Counted from the first letter of the stretch, positions 1 to 10,090 are shown. The stretch is DNA of 64,000 nucleotides from Candidatus Heimdallarchaeota archaeon (GCA_048881705.1 JBHLSH010000002.1:18009-82008), one strand, 5' to 3'. The notes: generated by a model not told the origin, from the sequence alone. Program-made: numbers and translations.

Positions 1-1
1 T

Positions 2-1186
2 GCAATCACAATTGATCTGGCTCCATCATCTTCTTATGTTTTAGCAACGCAAGTCGAAATTTCACCCCTTCCCGGAAGTATGATACCAATAACTCCGACT
101 GTCCAGAACATCGACCTACTTGCAGGTTCGGCCCAAGTTGTGTTTACATTTCAAAGTCCAAGCGAGATAGGAGAATATGAAATCCCAGGATTTGAAATTA
201 CGTATCAGCTTACAAATCCGATTCAGACTGTACTCTCTCCAGGGATCATATCACGTTACTATGGTCCTATTCTTATTTCTGTAAACGAAAACTCGGAGTT
301 CTTCATACCGTTGGATTTCAGTCCGCCTCCTCCTGTACATCGTTCAACAGGGTTTAATTCCAAGATTCAAGAAGCTACTGCATCAGATTTACGACTTACA
401 CGTATGTACTCAACAACAGGAAAAACGCGCCTCGGAGATTTGGTTACAGTTACCCTAACGATTTCAAACACGAAAGGACCGGAAAATTTCCTTATGTTGC
501 AAGATTTTCTCCCCGTAGGCTTCTCAATAGACGAGAGTACAATCCAACACCCACAGGTAGCCTATACACGAACCAAGTCTGGGATTACGTTCTTTTTCTC
601 GGCATTAGAGATGGGTGATACCATTGTTAAGTATGGATTAGTTGCAGATAACCCTCGTCAATCTTTAGCCCCGCCAGCCGAACTAGCATCAATGTATGAT
701 GACTGGATTGTTAAGAGTAGCTCGGCCGTTTTAGGAGCTAGCCGCGTTCGAATTGATCCTGTCACCAACAGTGTTTTGAGAGATCTCCAAAAACCTGTCC
801 TGGAGGATTTATCAATTGTAGAGGTTTTACACGAGTTTTCTCCAGCCGTTGCGATATCTGTGAAAGCTACTGACAATTGGGGGATTAGTAGTGTTCGAGT
901 GTATGCAGGCAACTCTAACGTGGGTAAATGGATTGTTCTAGACTGTGAAGAGCAACCTGACTCCTGGTCCATTCTTGCATCCAACTTGGAAGAAGGACAA
1001 ACCCAATTTTATGTTGAAATTATGGACGAGGCTGGAAATGTCTTGGTTACGGATTCAATGTCCTATTATGTTGAGTTTAGGGATCTTGTGATACCTTTCC
1101 TCCCAATAATTGGCCTGGTGGTCCTAGCCTTCCTGACTGGACTCGGTGCTTCGGTTTTTGTCAGACGTAAATCTACATGGAATTGA
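2..1186 (+). CDS. C-terminal part of a large alpha-2-macroglobulin-like (bacterial MG10-type domain) surface protein with Ig-like domain and C-terminal TM anchor; 5'-truncated by the window
   Basis: The frame is open from base 2 (AITIDLAPSS...) into ORF 80..1186. GDLVTVTLTI...LMLQDFLPVGF and YGLVA...APPAELASMY match the bacterial A2M C-terminal domain pattern. The protein ends in a hydrophobic helix followed by RRK. Confidence 0.65.
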   Translation, partial: AITIDLAPSSSYVLATQVEISPLPGSMIPITPTVQNIDLLAGSAQVVFTFQSPSEIGEYEIPGFEITYQLTNPIQTVLSPGIISRYYGPILISVNENSEFFIPLDFSPPPPVHRSTGFNSKIQEATASDLRLTRMYSTTGKTRLGDLVTVTLTISNTKGPENFLMLQDFLPVGFSIDESTIQHPQVAYTRTKSGITFFFSALEMGDTIVKYGLVADNPRQSLAPPAELASMYDDWIVKSSSAVLGASRVRIDPVTNSVLRDLQKPVLEDLSIVEVLHEFSPAVAISVKATDNWGISSVRVYAGNSNVGKWIVLDCEEQPDSWSILASNLEEGQTQFYVEIMDEAGNVLVTDSMSYYVEFRDLVIPFLPIIGLVVLAFLTGLGASVFVRRKSTWN

Positions 1187-1248
1187 AGTTAATTCCTCCT
1201 CTTTTTTCCTTTTTAGCTTTCTTGAGTCCCTAGATCTCTTGGGATCCG

Positions 1249-3576
1249 TCATTGTGCCTTTGTCGTTGAAGTTAGGAGTTCTCTAACTAGCTTATTTAAG
1301 ACATTGTACTCATGAGTAAGATCAGAGATTATTAGCTTTTGAACTACCAGTTTTTTCCATTTCACTTCTTTAATGGAATTGAATGGCTTTTGTTTACCTT
1401 TAGTATTCATATATTCCTTTTTTCGCCATTCAAATGCAATTTTTCTAGCTTTTAATTCCATTTCACTTCCTAGCTTTTGAATTGCCGCATGTAATCCGTC
1501 TTCAGAATCGTAAATCGGGATATTGATTTCCCATGGGCGTTTGTGAAGGTTTCGAACTCCGCCGCCAGCGCCTTCCGATGAACGTATTCGAACATCTTCT
1601 GCCACGCAGGGTGCATTAAGTATTCCCAAGAGATAGTGCCCTTCCTCTATTGTCGGTACTGGGACATAATAGAGTGATACATCTATAATTGTGCCTGGTT
1701 TTCTGATAAGCGCGGCCTTAACAAAACCTGCACTCGCAGGAGTAACCACTTTTAATGGAGCTAACTGGTCTGAGTGGGTTAGCTTCTTTCGAAAATTCAA
1801 ATTCTCCCAGAGTTCTTTAGGCTTTTTTCCTTGCAGCTGTCGGGTTTTATAGATGGAGGCTAATTGTTCGTAATGTTTTCGTGCCTTTAGATTTGGGACT
1901 TTGGCGGAAGTTCCATCGAAATCCAAGAAGGTGTCGAAGGTTATAGGTAAGAACACGGGGGTCCTGTCCAATATCACGAAAGGAACGGAGACGTCAGATT
2001 TTACTGTGTAAAATATGTGGTCTGGTTCTACGATAGCTTTGTCAAACGGACGAAAATTCCAGGGCATTTTGACATGATTCTGTACCTTTGGTTCGATATG
2101 TACCAAATTTCGGGTTTGGTTCAGGATATTGACAAAGATCAATGACCGAGGGTAAAGATCAGCACCTTTGCGACAATGGGCGAAGTAGTAGTTCTTTTTA
2201 CTAATTAAACGAGGTAGAAGATTTTTGTGGGAGGAAACAGGTATTAATTTCTCTGCTCCTTTCCGTATCCCATCCAATCGTCTGAGAATTTTGATTGGAG
2301 TGTATTCCTCGTTTTTACTTTCGATGAATTCGATCGATCTATCTTTACTAAGAACATCATAGTGAGTTACGATGACAGAAGGGTATTTGACACGAGAGGC
2401 ATTAATGTTCTTTCTAGCGATAAAACAGATATTATGAATTCTAAAAAGATCCCTGGAAAATCTCCATATGCGAATATGATCCATATTAAGAAAAGATCTC
2501 GTTCCATTATGTTGACTCCCGTTTATTATTGCATTACTGATTAAGAAGGCAACGATCCCACCATCTCGCAATGAGTGAGCTATCGATTGATAGAGAAAAA
2601 GAGCGGACACCTCGATGTTTGGTAAATTCCTCGCGCGAGGAAGTAACCCGAAATGACGTGCCAAGTTTCTAAGACTTGCTTTGTAGCTAGAAGAACGAAT
2701 TCCACTTAACACTACCCATGGAGGATTTCCAATTACGAGATCGAACTTCTCATTGCCCATATGTTTGGTTGAAGGGAAATCAGTGCTGGTTTTGTGCAGA
2801 GAAAAGAAATTAGAAACATCGTTCGGAAATAAAAAGTTATCCCAGACCACATTGTCTGTTAAAGATTGTGAGGTTGTCCTAACCGTGTGAAGCGTGAGAT
2901 TGGCCCTGGTAGTAAAAACTGCAATTGGATTAATGTCCATTCCAAATAAATTCTGAAGTGCAGTATCTTGTTTTTTGGGAGTCAATCGAGAATTCAATAT
3001 CTTGTTTACCAAGGCAAGCAAAAAGGTTCCACTACCACAGGATGGATCTAATACGCGTGCACCTGGCGTGTATGTCTCTTTCACGACCTTTTCCGCTAAG
3101 GAAAATGGTGTATAGTATTCTCCAAGCATTAATCGTGTATTAGGAGAGATTAGTTCCTCATAAAGTCGGTTAAAGATGTCCCCAACATTAATTTTTACCC
3201 CTCTAAGGAAGGTAGCTATACGTTGCTCGATTTCCTTAATTTTTTGGGCCCACACGGAGAAATCTAACGGAATTAATGAAAAATCTTGACGAATGAGGTG
3301 GGAGACAACATTCTTCACTATGAGAATGAAGTAAATGTGTTGAATAAAAAGATCAATTGTGAGAAACTGTTCTGGATAGATTTCCATGAATAAGTTTTTC
3401 CAGTTTTCATATACTTCGTTCAATTCAGTTTTGTGCTTTTTATAGTGCTCAAATAATGTTTCCTGTGCCCATTCTTTGAATGGAGAACCCTCTCCAAAGA
3501 ATTTATTCATGGTTTGAGAATTGAGAAGTCTTGCCGTTTTATGGGAGACGATCAGTCCTACTCTCCATTCTAGCAC
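1249..3576 (-). CDS. N6-adenine DNA methyltransferase (type IIG/Eco57I-like MTase plus TRD; no nuclease domain evident); start may be the ATG at 3510
   Basis: Motifs GEYYTP, VLDPSCGSGTFL (SAM binding), GMDINP and catalytic NPPW; long C-terminal TRD-like region. Confidence 0.88.
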   Translation of the reverse strand: MLEWRVGLIVSHKTARLLNSQTMNKFFGEGSPFKEWAQETLFEHYKKHKTELNEVYENWKNLFMEIYPEQFLTIDLFIQHIYFILIVKNVVSHLIRQDFSLIPLDFSVWAQKIKEIEQRIATFLRGVKINVGDIFNRLYEELISPNTRLMLGEYYTPFSLAEKVVKETYTPGARVLDPSCGSGTFLLALVNKILNSRLTPKKQDTALQNLFGMDINPIAVFTTRANLTLHTVRTTSQSLTDNVVWDNFLFPNDVSNFFSLHKTSTDFPSTKHMGNEKFDLVIGNPPWVVLSGIRSSSYKASLRNLARHFGLLPRARNLPNIEVSALFLYQSIAHSLRDGGIVAFLISNAIINGSQHNGTRSFLNMDHIRIWRFSRDLFRIHNICFIARKNINASRVKYPSVIVTHYDVLSKDRSIEFIESKNEEYTPIKILRRLDGIRKGAEKLIPVSSHKNLLPRLISKKNYYFAHCRKGADLYPRSLIFVNILNQTRNLVHIEPKVQNHVKMPWNFRPFDKAIVEPDHIFYTVKSDVSVPFVILDRTPVFLPITFDTFLDFDGTSAKVPNLKARKHYEQLASIYKTRQLQGKKPKELWENLNFRKKLTHSDQLAPLKVVTPASAGFVKAALIRKPGTIIDVSLYYVPVPTIEEGHYLLGILNAPCVAEDVRIRSSEGAGGGVRNLHKRPWEINIPIYDSEDGLHAAIQKLGSEMELKARKIAFEWRKKEYMNTKGKQKPFNSIKEVKWKKLVVQKLIISDLTHEYNVLNKLVRELLTSTTKAQ

Positions 3577-3721
3577 AAATAGCCCTATCGATAATGGTGG
3601 TATCCTCTTTATGTTTCGCTGTGCAAACCTTGCAACGCAAAGTAGGATGTGTTAGACCTTAATTCAGCCAAGAAAAAGTTTTAAGCCAAATTTGCCTACG
3701 TAAAACTACGGAGCCAACTTC

Positions 3722-5029
3722 TTGACCCTTGATAAATATTTAGGACTCGAGCCATCCTTTGGTTTTATCGAAAAAGAATTATATTCTCGATATCAAACCA
3801 TATGGCGAGACCTCTTATCTGGGCGATTAATTGACACTTTTGATTTGGAATTTAAGAAAAGATTTGCTACTGAACGTTATTCTCAAGAGTTCTATAATTC
3901 AAATTGTAGAAGAACCCTTCCAAACGCTCTTAAGCATTTGGAGAGCGTGGGATGGCGAAATGAACCATACGATAAGCAACATTGGGGGAATTGGTTGCAC
4001 TCCTTATCGCCATATCAGGGCAGAATTACGCCGTCGTTTGCTCATTGGCTGGTCAAAATCTTCTCCAAACCTAATGATACCGTATTGGATCCTTTTATGG
4101 GGGTCGGAACAATTCTCCTTGAAGCAGATTTTCTTAAAAGGAAGGCCTTTGGAGTCGATCTGAATAGGTATGCCTGGGTGGTAACAAAGGGTAAATTCGA
4201 ACGAAAATCCCTTCAGTATTATCTGGATTATCTAACGGATTTAAAGGATCTCAATACATCTGACATAGATCTTGGAGAAATACCCGATTGGATTCAGGCC
4301 TATTATGATCCCGAAACACTAAAAGAGATTGTGAAGTTAAATGCTCTTCTCCAAGCCGATGAAGAATGGTTTCTTCTAGGCTGTTTAATGGGTATTTTAC
4401 ACGGTAATAGACCGGGGTATCTGTCTGTCTATACGGGGTGTATTATCCCAATGACTCCGAGACCAGTTACGCATCCAAAATATCGTCCTGACAAAGACAA
4501 ACCCGAATATCGGGCGGTAATTCCCCGGATGGCTGCAAAAGTAATGAGGATGTTTTCTACCGGAATTCCCTCTCATAGTCGAGCTAGAATTTACCATGGG
4601 GATGCTCGGGCACTTCCTCTCGAAACTGACTCGGTCAACGTTGTCATCTCTAGTCCTCCCTACTATAATACCCTTGATTATGTTGGCCAAAACCGAGTTA
4701 GATTATATTTTCTTGGATTTGATAGAAACGCTCAGCTTGAGCTGAAAAAGTCTCATATCCAGGATTCCAAGACCTATCTTTTAGAAATGGCCAAAGTAGG
4801 TAAAGAACTCCAACGAGTACTACTTCCTAAGGGCTTACTTGTTTATGTCTTAGGGGACGTACATCGTACAAAGTCCTCCATTAATACTGCAATGAGGGTC
4901 TCGGAGGTGTATGAAAACCTTGGATTCAAGCAGCTCTCTATCGTAGATGATGAAATTCCGCTAAACAAGGTCGCTAGTCGATCTAGAAGGAAGAAATTCG
5001 ATCGGGTTCTAGTTCTCAAGAATCCATAA
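3722..5029 (+). CDS. Amino-DNA methyltransferase (N4-C/N6-A)
   Basis: VLDPFMGVGT SAM motif followed much later by catalytic SPPY; LHSLSPYQG N-terminal motif. TTG start. Confidence 0.85.
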   Translation: MTLDKYLGLEPSFGFIEKELYSRYQTIWRDLLSGRLIDTFDLEFKKRFATERYSQEFYNSNCRRTLPNALKHLESVGWRNEPYDKQHWGNWLHSLSPYQGRITPSFAHWLVKIFSKPNDTVLDPFMGVGTILLEADFLKRKAFGVDLNRYAWVVTKGKFERKSLQYYLDYLTDLKDLNTSDIDLGEIPDWIQAYYDPETLKEIVKLNALLQADEEWFLLGCLMGILHGNRPGYLSVYTGCIIPMTPRPVTHPKYRPDKDKPEYRAVIPRMAAKVMRMFSTGIPSHSRARIYHGDARALPLETDSVNVVISSPPYYNTLDYVGQNRVRLYFLGFDRNAQLELKKSHIQDSKTYLLEMAKVGKELQRVLLPKGLLVYVLGDVHRTKSSINTAMRVSEVYENLGFKQLSIVDDEIPLNKVASRSRRKKFDRVLVLKNP

Positions 5030-5121
5030 GATCAGAAATTTGGCGCTCTCTTTATTTTGGTTCAAGGAAATTTGCCGTTATAAAAACTTTAAAATCGTGA
5101 CCATCGTGCTAATCTTTAATT

Positions 5122-5574
5122 ATGACAGAAAAAGATACAGACAGGCTATTAATGGAGATAAACACGGAATTAGCTGCCAAGATTGATGTTCTAATTGAGA
5201 AAGAATATTATCCGAGTCGAACGGAGTTCATCGAAAAAGCCATCGAAGCTCAATTAAATCTTCATGCCGAGACTTTTCAAGAACTTGAGACACAACATAG
5301 CTTTGTTATAGGTTTCGTCAATTATTCACGAGCTGATCTAGAAAAAGTGGCTGGATTAGGAAAAAAGATTGATTTGAAGATCATTGGGAGGCTCTCCTTT
5401 TCGAATGATGTGACTCCTGAACTGATCGAGCGTACCATTTCAGAGATTCATATGACTGGCATTTTAAAGGCACCTAAAACACTTTTACCGCATCTTAATG
5501 CAATAAGATACTCCATTTTGGGAAATAAATTTGATTCCAGGAAAGAGATTGAATCCCACAACCAGGAGGATTAA
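5122..5574 (+). CDS. Ribbon-helix-helix (CopG/Arc/MetJ) regulator with uncharacterised C-terminal domain
   Basis: N-terminal RLLMEINTELAAKIDVLIEKEYYPSRTEFIEKAI is a typical RHH pattern. Confidence 0.7.
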   Translation: MTEKDTDRLLMEINTELAAKIDVLIEKEYYPSRTEFIEKAIEAQLNLHAETFQELETQHSFVIGFVNYSRADLEKVAGLGKKIDLKIIGRLSFSNDVTPELIERTISEIHMTGILKAPKTLLPHLNAIRYSILGNKFDSRKEIESHNQED

Positions 5575-5653
5575 ACGGGGGGCCAGAATAGGATTTTTCA
5601 ACGGGAACGGCCGAATGGTTTCTAAAATGACTGCTGTTTTGAAAGAATTTCGG

Positions 5654-6931
5654 TCACAAGAAGTGGTTTCGAAGTTTAATCCCTGAAGAGCTCTTATGGA
5701 AGAAGATTAAAAAGAAGAATCCGATTACTGAGCAAAAACAAGCGGTTGCAAAAATTAGGAAATACTGAGTCGGATCGATAACTCGAAGTTGGCCAGCAAG
5801 GACGGGGCCGAGAGCTCCAAAAAGATGGGCCGTAAGCATGACCCAACCGAAACCCACTCCACGTTGTTTCGTCTGTTTGGCAACCAATGAATTTGTAGAG
5901 GGCCAGAAAAAAGCAAGCAAAATTCCAAGTAAGAGATAGAGGGCCAATAGAAGCGTACGATCAGTGAAAACGTATATTCCGGCAAGGATTATAACTTGTA
6001 ACAAGGCTAGAGCAACAAGAACAACTTTTTCACCATATCTGTCCGCAAAAAAACCACCACTGATTTCTCCGAAGGCCCCCACAAGGGTAGAGAGTCCAAC
6101 AAAAAGCGCCGCTGTCCCCACCTCAAAATTCTTCACCTCGGCCAGGTACGGAGATAATATGAAGTTAACTATACCTCGAGTGATGGAAATAGAAATAATA
6201 AATCCAAAAAGAAGCACCAGCGTTAACGGAAATCGTGGGATTGATGGGCCCTTAAATTGGTCAACAGGATTTGTTGAGAGGGGATTGGAATGATCTTTGG
6301 TGTCTGAAGAACCTGGAAGAGCTTCATGTCTGCCAACAAGAATCCAAAATGTGGAGGCTACAACAATCAGTGGTAAAACCCAGAACGAATAAATTTGGCG
6401 CCATGTTAAAGGATTTATAAGGAAGTAGACGGATAAGGGGCCAATTGCGGCTCCTAAAGTTCCTCCAATGCCATGTGTTGCAAGGATTCTGACGTATTTT
6501 GGAGAAATTTGTGCATTAGTCTCGTCCTCAAAAGCAGTAGTAACCCAAGAAAGCCCTGGAGGATGATAAAGCGCTAAAGCACACCCCAAAAGTCCTTGGG
6601 CCACCATCATCATTATATATGAGTCCCCCCACATCCCAATTGAAAAAGATCCCAGAGTTGCAAGGAATAAACTGAATAACATTAGTTTGCCCCGACGGTG
6701 ACGATCTGCAAGGCGACCAAATAACGGAGAAGGCAAAGCAGCGGATGCGGCGGCAATAGTTCCCAAGAAACCCAAAGCTAACCAGCGATCGACTCCAATC
6801 CCCGGAAACAAGTCATCACCGACCAATAAGACGATCACTGGGTATATGAAAAACGGAATTTCAACTGAACCGTGAATAATGAACGCACTGAAAAGGCTGA
6901 GATAACGTCCATTTCGATTGCTTAATTCCAT
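5654..6931 (-). CDS. MFS transporter
   Basis: About 12 hydrophobic segments; motif A GRLADRHRRG and GFFADRYGEK. Confidence 0.9.
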   Translation of the reverse strand: MELSNRNGRYLSLFSAFIIHGSVEIPFFIYPVIVLLVGDDLFPGIGVDRWLALGFLGTIAAASAALPSPLFGRLADRHRRGKLMLFSLFLATLGSFSIGMWGDSYIMMMVAQGLLGCALALYHPPGLSWVTTAFEDETNAQISPKYVRILATHGIGGTLGAAIGPLSVYFLINPLTWRQIYSFWVLPLIVVASTFWILVGRHEALPGSSDTKDHSNPLSTNPVDQFKGPSIPRFPLTLVLLFGFIISISITRGIVNFILSPYLAEVKNFEVGTAALFVGLSTLVGAFGEISGGFFADRYGEKVVLVALALLQVIILAGIYVFTDRTLLLALYLLLGILLAFFWPSTNSLVAKQTKQRGVGFGWVMLTAHLFGALGPVLAGQLRVIDPTQYFLIFATACFCSVIGFFFLIFFHKSSSGIKLRNHFL

Positions 6932-7070
6932 TATGCAAAAGCCACGAAATAGGCTGATTTAAAAGGTACCCTTTAAAAAATGGTCTTTTCAACTTACTTA
7001 CAAATTGAAACATGGAAGACTGAGATGCCAGTCTTCGTGACAAGAGTTTAACAATTGGTAGGTGTGAATA

Positions 7071-7346
7071 ATGTCAGTCTTAGAATTTTTAACCGATCCC
7101 GTGGAAGAATTTCCCGTGAGTAAGAATATCAAAGTTATAGGGGGAAAACGCTTAGCTAAGACATCCACTTGGCTTAAAGCGGTATGTCTGGTTGAAACAG
7201 GAGGTAAACACCAAATCAGACTGTATGGATGGCAAAAAAATAAAGAAGGCGAGTATAAGGTGAGACAAAAGTTCAACATCTCCAAGGGGTATGCCAATAA
7301 ATTAAGCATTATCTTTAAGGCCTTTAGCGAGTTTGAATCTGAGTGA
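7071..7346 (+). CDS. Small basic protein, possible PC4/YdbC-like ssDNA-binding fold
   Basis: QIRLYGWQKNKEGEYKVRQKFNISKGYANKLSIIF resembles the PC4 pattern IRxYW...GE.K...KGISL plus helix. Confidence 0.45.
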   Translation: MSVLEFLTDPVEEFPVSKNIKVIGGKRLAKTSTWLKAVCLVETGGKHQIRLYGWQKNKEGEYKVRQKFNISKGYANKLSIIFKAFSEFESE

Positions 7347-7528
7347 GAAATCGCTCCAGCTACTCAGAATTAACCCCATGATGGTTAAACTATTGTAAAT
7401 GTCTGGTTTTGAATAAATTGAAGTCTTTATGCAATTGTACTGTACAATAGTTGAATTGAAGTGAAAAAGTAATCTCCTTCTCTCCAAGCGCTAGTTTTTT
7501 ATCTGGGAGTATTCATTACAGGGGCATC

Positions 7529-8566
7529 ATGACCATCAAGACTCCAATCACAGAAATGTTAGGTATCCGCCACCCTATCCTTGCGGCTCCCATGGGTCCC
7601 TTCTATACAACAGCACTAACGATTGGTGTATCGGAGGCGGGAGGACTGGGAGTACTCTCTCACACAGGTTTAATAGCCAGGAACCCCGTTGAGGAAATGA
7701 AAAAAAACATGCTTTCAGTGGTCGAACATACGGATAAACCGTTCGGCTTCAACATTAGAACTAGCAGGATGGAACCTGCATCCGATTCACTATGTCGCGA
7801 AATACCCAAATTCATTATGGAACACGAGAAAATCAAGGATCAATGCATATATGCTTTAACTAGCGCTGGATCGGCCAAGTCTTTGCCGGTCTCTAAATCA
7901 TTTCAAGATCTGAAAGACAGTGGTTCTCCTATAAAACATTTCCACGTGGCACCCGCTCTTTGGCTCGCCGATAAGTGTGTCCAATCAGGTGTAGATGGTA
8001 TCGTGGTGACAGGAAATGAAGGGGGTGGTCATCAATCTTATGAAAAAGTAAGTACTTTGGTTCTACTTCAACAAATACAGGAGAAATACCCAGACCTTCC
8101 TAAAATCGCATGTGGTGGTTTTGCCACTGGTTATGGTCTTGCTGCTGCTCTAGCCAGCGGTGCAGGTGCTATTGCAATGGGATCAAGGTTTATTGCTTCA
8201 AAGGAATCCGAATTTCATCAGAAATATAAGGAGGTTATCCCTCCTGCTCGTTCTCAAGATACTACGATGGTAACAGGATTTCTGGGGCCTGTACGTCTAT
8301 GGAAAAATAAATATGCCGATCACATGTCCCTCATTAGAAGTAAAGAAGAGAAGATAGCCAAGGAGAAAATGTTGACACAGGATGAAATTATTGAAACAGC
8401 ACGTGCTTATGAGTTAGCCTATGAGGGTAATGTAGAAGATGGTGCTGTCCTACTAGGACAATCGATCGGATTGATTAACCAAATAGAATCGGTTTCAGAC
8501 ATTATAGAACGAATTGTTGACGAAGCGTCAGTGGCTTTAAGTAACAGCAATCATTATATCCAATAG
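7529..8566 (+). CDS. Nitronate monooxygenase / FabK-like FMN enoyl reductase family
   Basis: TPITEMLGIRHPILAAPM, GNEGGGH, ACGGFATG and AIAMGSRFIASKES motifs. Confidence 0.88.
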   Translation: MTIKTPITEMLGIRHPILAAPMGPFYTTALTIGVSEAGGLGVLSHTGLIARNPVEEMKKNMLSVVEHTDKPFGFNIRTSRMEPASDSLCREIPKFIMEHEKIKDQCIYALTSAGSAKSLPVSKSFQDLKDSGSPIKHFHVAPALWLADKCVQSGVDGIVVTGNEGGGHQSYEKVSTLVLLQQIQEKYPDLPKIACGGFATGYGLAAALASGAGAIAMGSRFIASKESEFHQKYKEVIPPARSQDTTMVTGFLGPVRLWKNKYADHMSLIRSKEEKIAKEKMLTQDEIIETARAYELAYEGNVEDGAVLLGQSIGLINQIESVSDIIERIVDEASVALSNSNHYIQ

Positions 8567-8655
8567 AACAGAGCTGGCTTTCTGGCTAAATGAGGGGAAA
8601 CGTTTTAATCTCTGACAATGATTGATAACGAGTTGGTTATTAGGAAGATCGTATC

Positions 8656-9231
8656 ATGGGACCGCTTAAACGTTGCGAATGGACGGGAACTGACCCATTA
8701 ATGATTGAGTACCACGATAAGGAGTGGGGGGTTCCTGTACACGATGATAAGGTATTATATGAGTTCCTAGTACTGGAGGGAGCCCAGGCTGGATTAAGTT
8801 GGTCCACAATACTCAAGCGCCGTGAAGGATATCGGCACGCCTTTGAAGCATTTGATATCCAAAAAGTAGCTCAATTTGATGACAAAAACATCGAACGGCT
8901 TCAACAAGATTCAGGCATTATCCGAAATAAACTAAAGATAAAAAGCGCCATTATCAATGCCCAACGGTTTATCAAGGTTCAAGAAGAGTTCGGTTCGTTT
9001 GACAATTACCAGTGGGGATTCGTAGATCACCAACCCATACAAAATTCCTTTAAAACGCTTTCAGAAATTCCCGCAACCACAGAACTGGCAGAACGGTTTA
9101 GTAAGGACTTAAAGAAACGAGGCTTTTCCTTTGTAGGCCCAACGATTTGTTATGCACACCTGCAAGCCACTGGGGTGGTGAACGATCATCTAACCTATTG
9201 TTTTCGGTATCAAGAGATTATGAAAATATAG
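8656..9231 (+). CDS. tag: DNA-3-methyladenine glycosylase I
   Basis: RCEW, YHDKEWG, LEGAQAGLSW, IIRNKLKI, FVGPT and NDHLTYC motifs. Confidence 0.95.
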   Translation: MGPLKRCEWTGTDPLMIEYHDKEWGVPVHDDKVLYEFLVLEGAQAGLSWSTILKRREGYRHAFEAFDIQKVAQFDDKNIERLQQDSGIIRNKLKIKSAIINAQRFIKVQEEFGSFDNYQWGFVDHQPIQNSFKTLSEIPATTELAERFSKDLKKRGFSFVGPTICYAHLQATGVVNDHLTYCFRYQEIMKI

Positions 9232-9244
9232 ATATTGCGGAATA

Positions 9245-9856
9245 TCATCTGACTGTCCGTGAACCAAAATAGTATCCTATGGCGAGTTCCAAAACTTGAT
9301 TGAACATAGTTAATTGCCCTGAGTTCATTGAAATGATCACGGATGCAATGTTTATTCCACATACACCGATTACCACCAGGAGAATTACGCCTGCTTGAAA
9401 GTGTTCGAGAATTTCCTTTACTTGGCCTTTTTGACCGGTTTCGGGAGGAAAGATTTTAATTACTATTTTTTTGATAATCACGCCCAGAATGAATCCAAAA
9501 ATCGTTAATATCACTGTGATCATGAAGATAGGGATTTCTTGTTGCTTAAGGAATGTGATAGCAACACTTAAGATCACTATGATCGCTAAGGTTGCGCGTA
9601 CAGTTCGAGTGGGGAGGAAAAGAGGTGGGGGAGACTCTAAATCAGTTAGATTAGACCTTTCTGTGAAGAGGGGAGTGCTGGCTCGAGTACTATAGTAAAA
9701 TGCTACTGAAACGATCAATACATTTCCGAGCGCTCGAGGTATCTGTTCCTTGGCCGCTAACACCATAAATAATGTTGTAAGCGCGACGGTTATAGTAAGT
9801 AGAGCTCGAATACTTCCTTTGGGTAGCCATAAAGGATTTGCCATCAACCCACCCAA
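9245..9856 (-). CDS. Uncharacterised multi-TM membrane protein with internal duplication
   Basis: Two copies of PL(W/F)LP..(S/T)(I/V)RA.L; also FYYSTR and YYFGSR; about 6 TM segments. Confidence 0.75.
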   Translation of the reverse strand: MGGLMANPLWLPKGSIRALLTITVALTTLFMVLAAKEQIPRALGNVLIVSVAFYYSTRASTPLFTERSNLTDLESPPPLFLPTRTVRATLAIIVILSVAITFLKQQEIPIFMITVILTIFGFILGVIIKKIVIKIFPPETGQKGQVKEILEHFQAGVILLVVIGVCGINIASVIISMNSGQLTMFNQVLELAIGYYFGSRTVR

Positions 9857-10090
9857 TTTTCTTTATGCCTTGATATATTGCCTACCTCCCATTCTACATT
9901 TTCCGAATGGTTATCTAAATTGGATAAAGTGACATTTTTGAAATACGTACTTGAAAGGTGTTACAGGATCAATTTCAGGCCAGAATTGTCTTCAGGTCGT
10001 CAGTTAAATGCGATATACTTGAGATAGATGCCTATGTTCAGGCAGAAATCCCAGAAGATATTGTGAAAACGTCCGGTAGGTTCAATCAGG

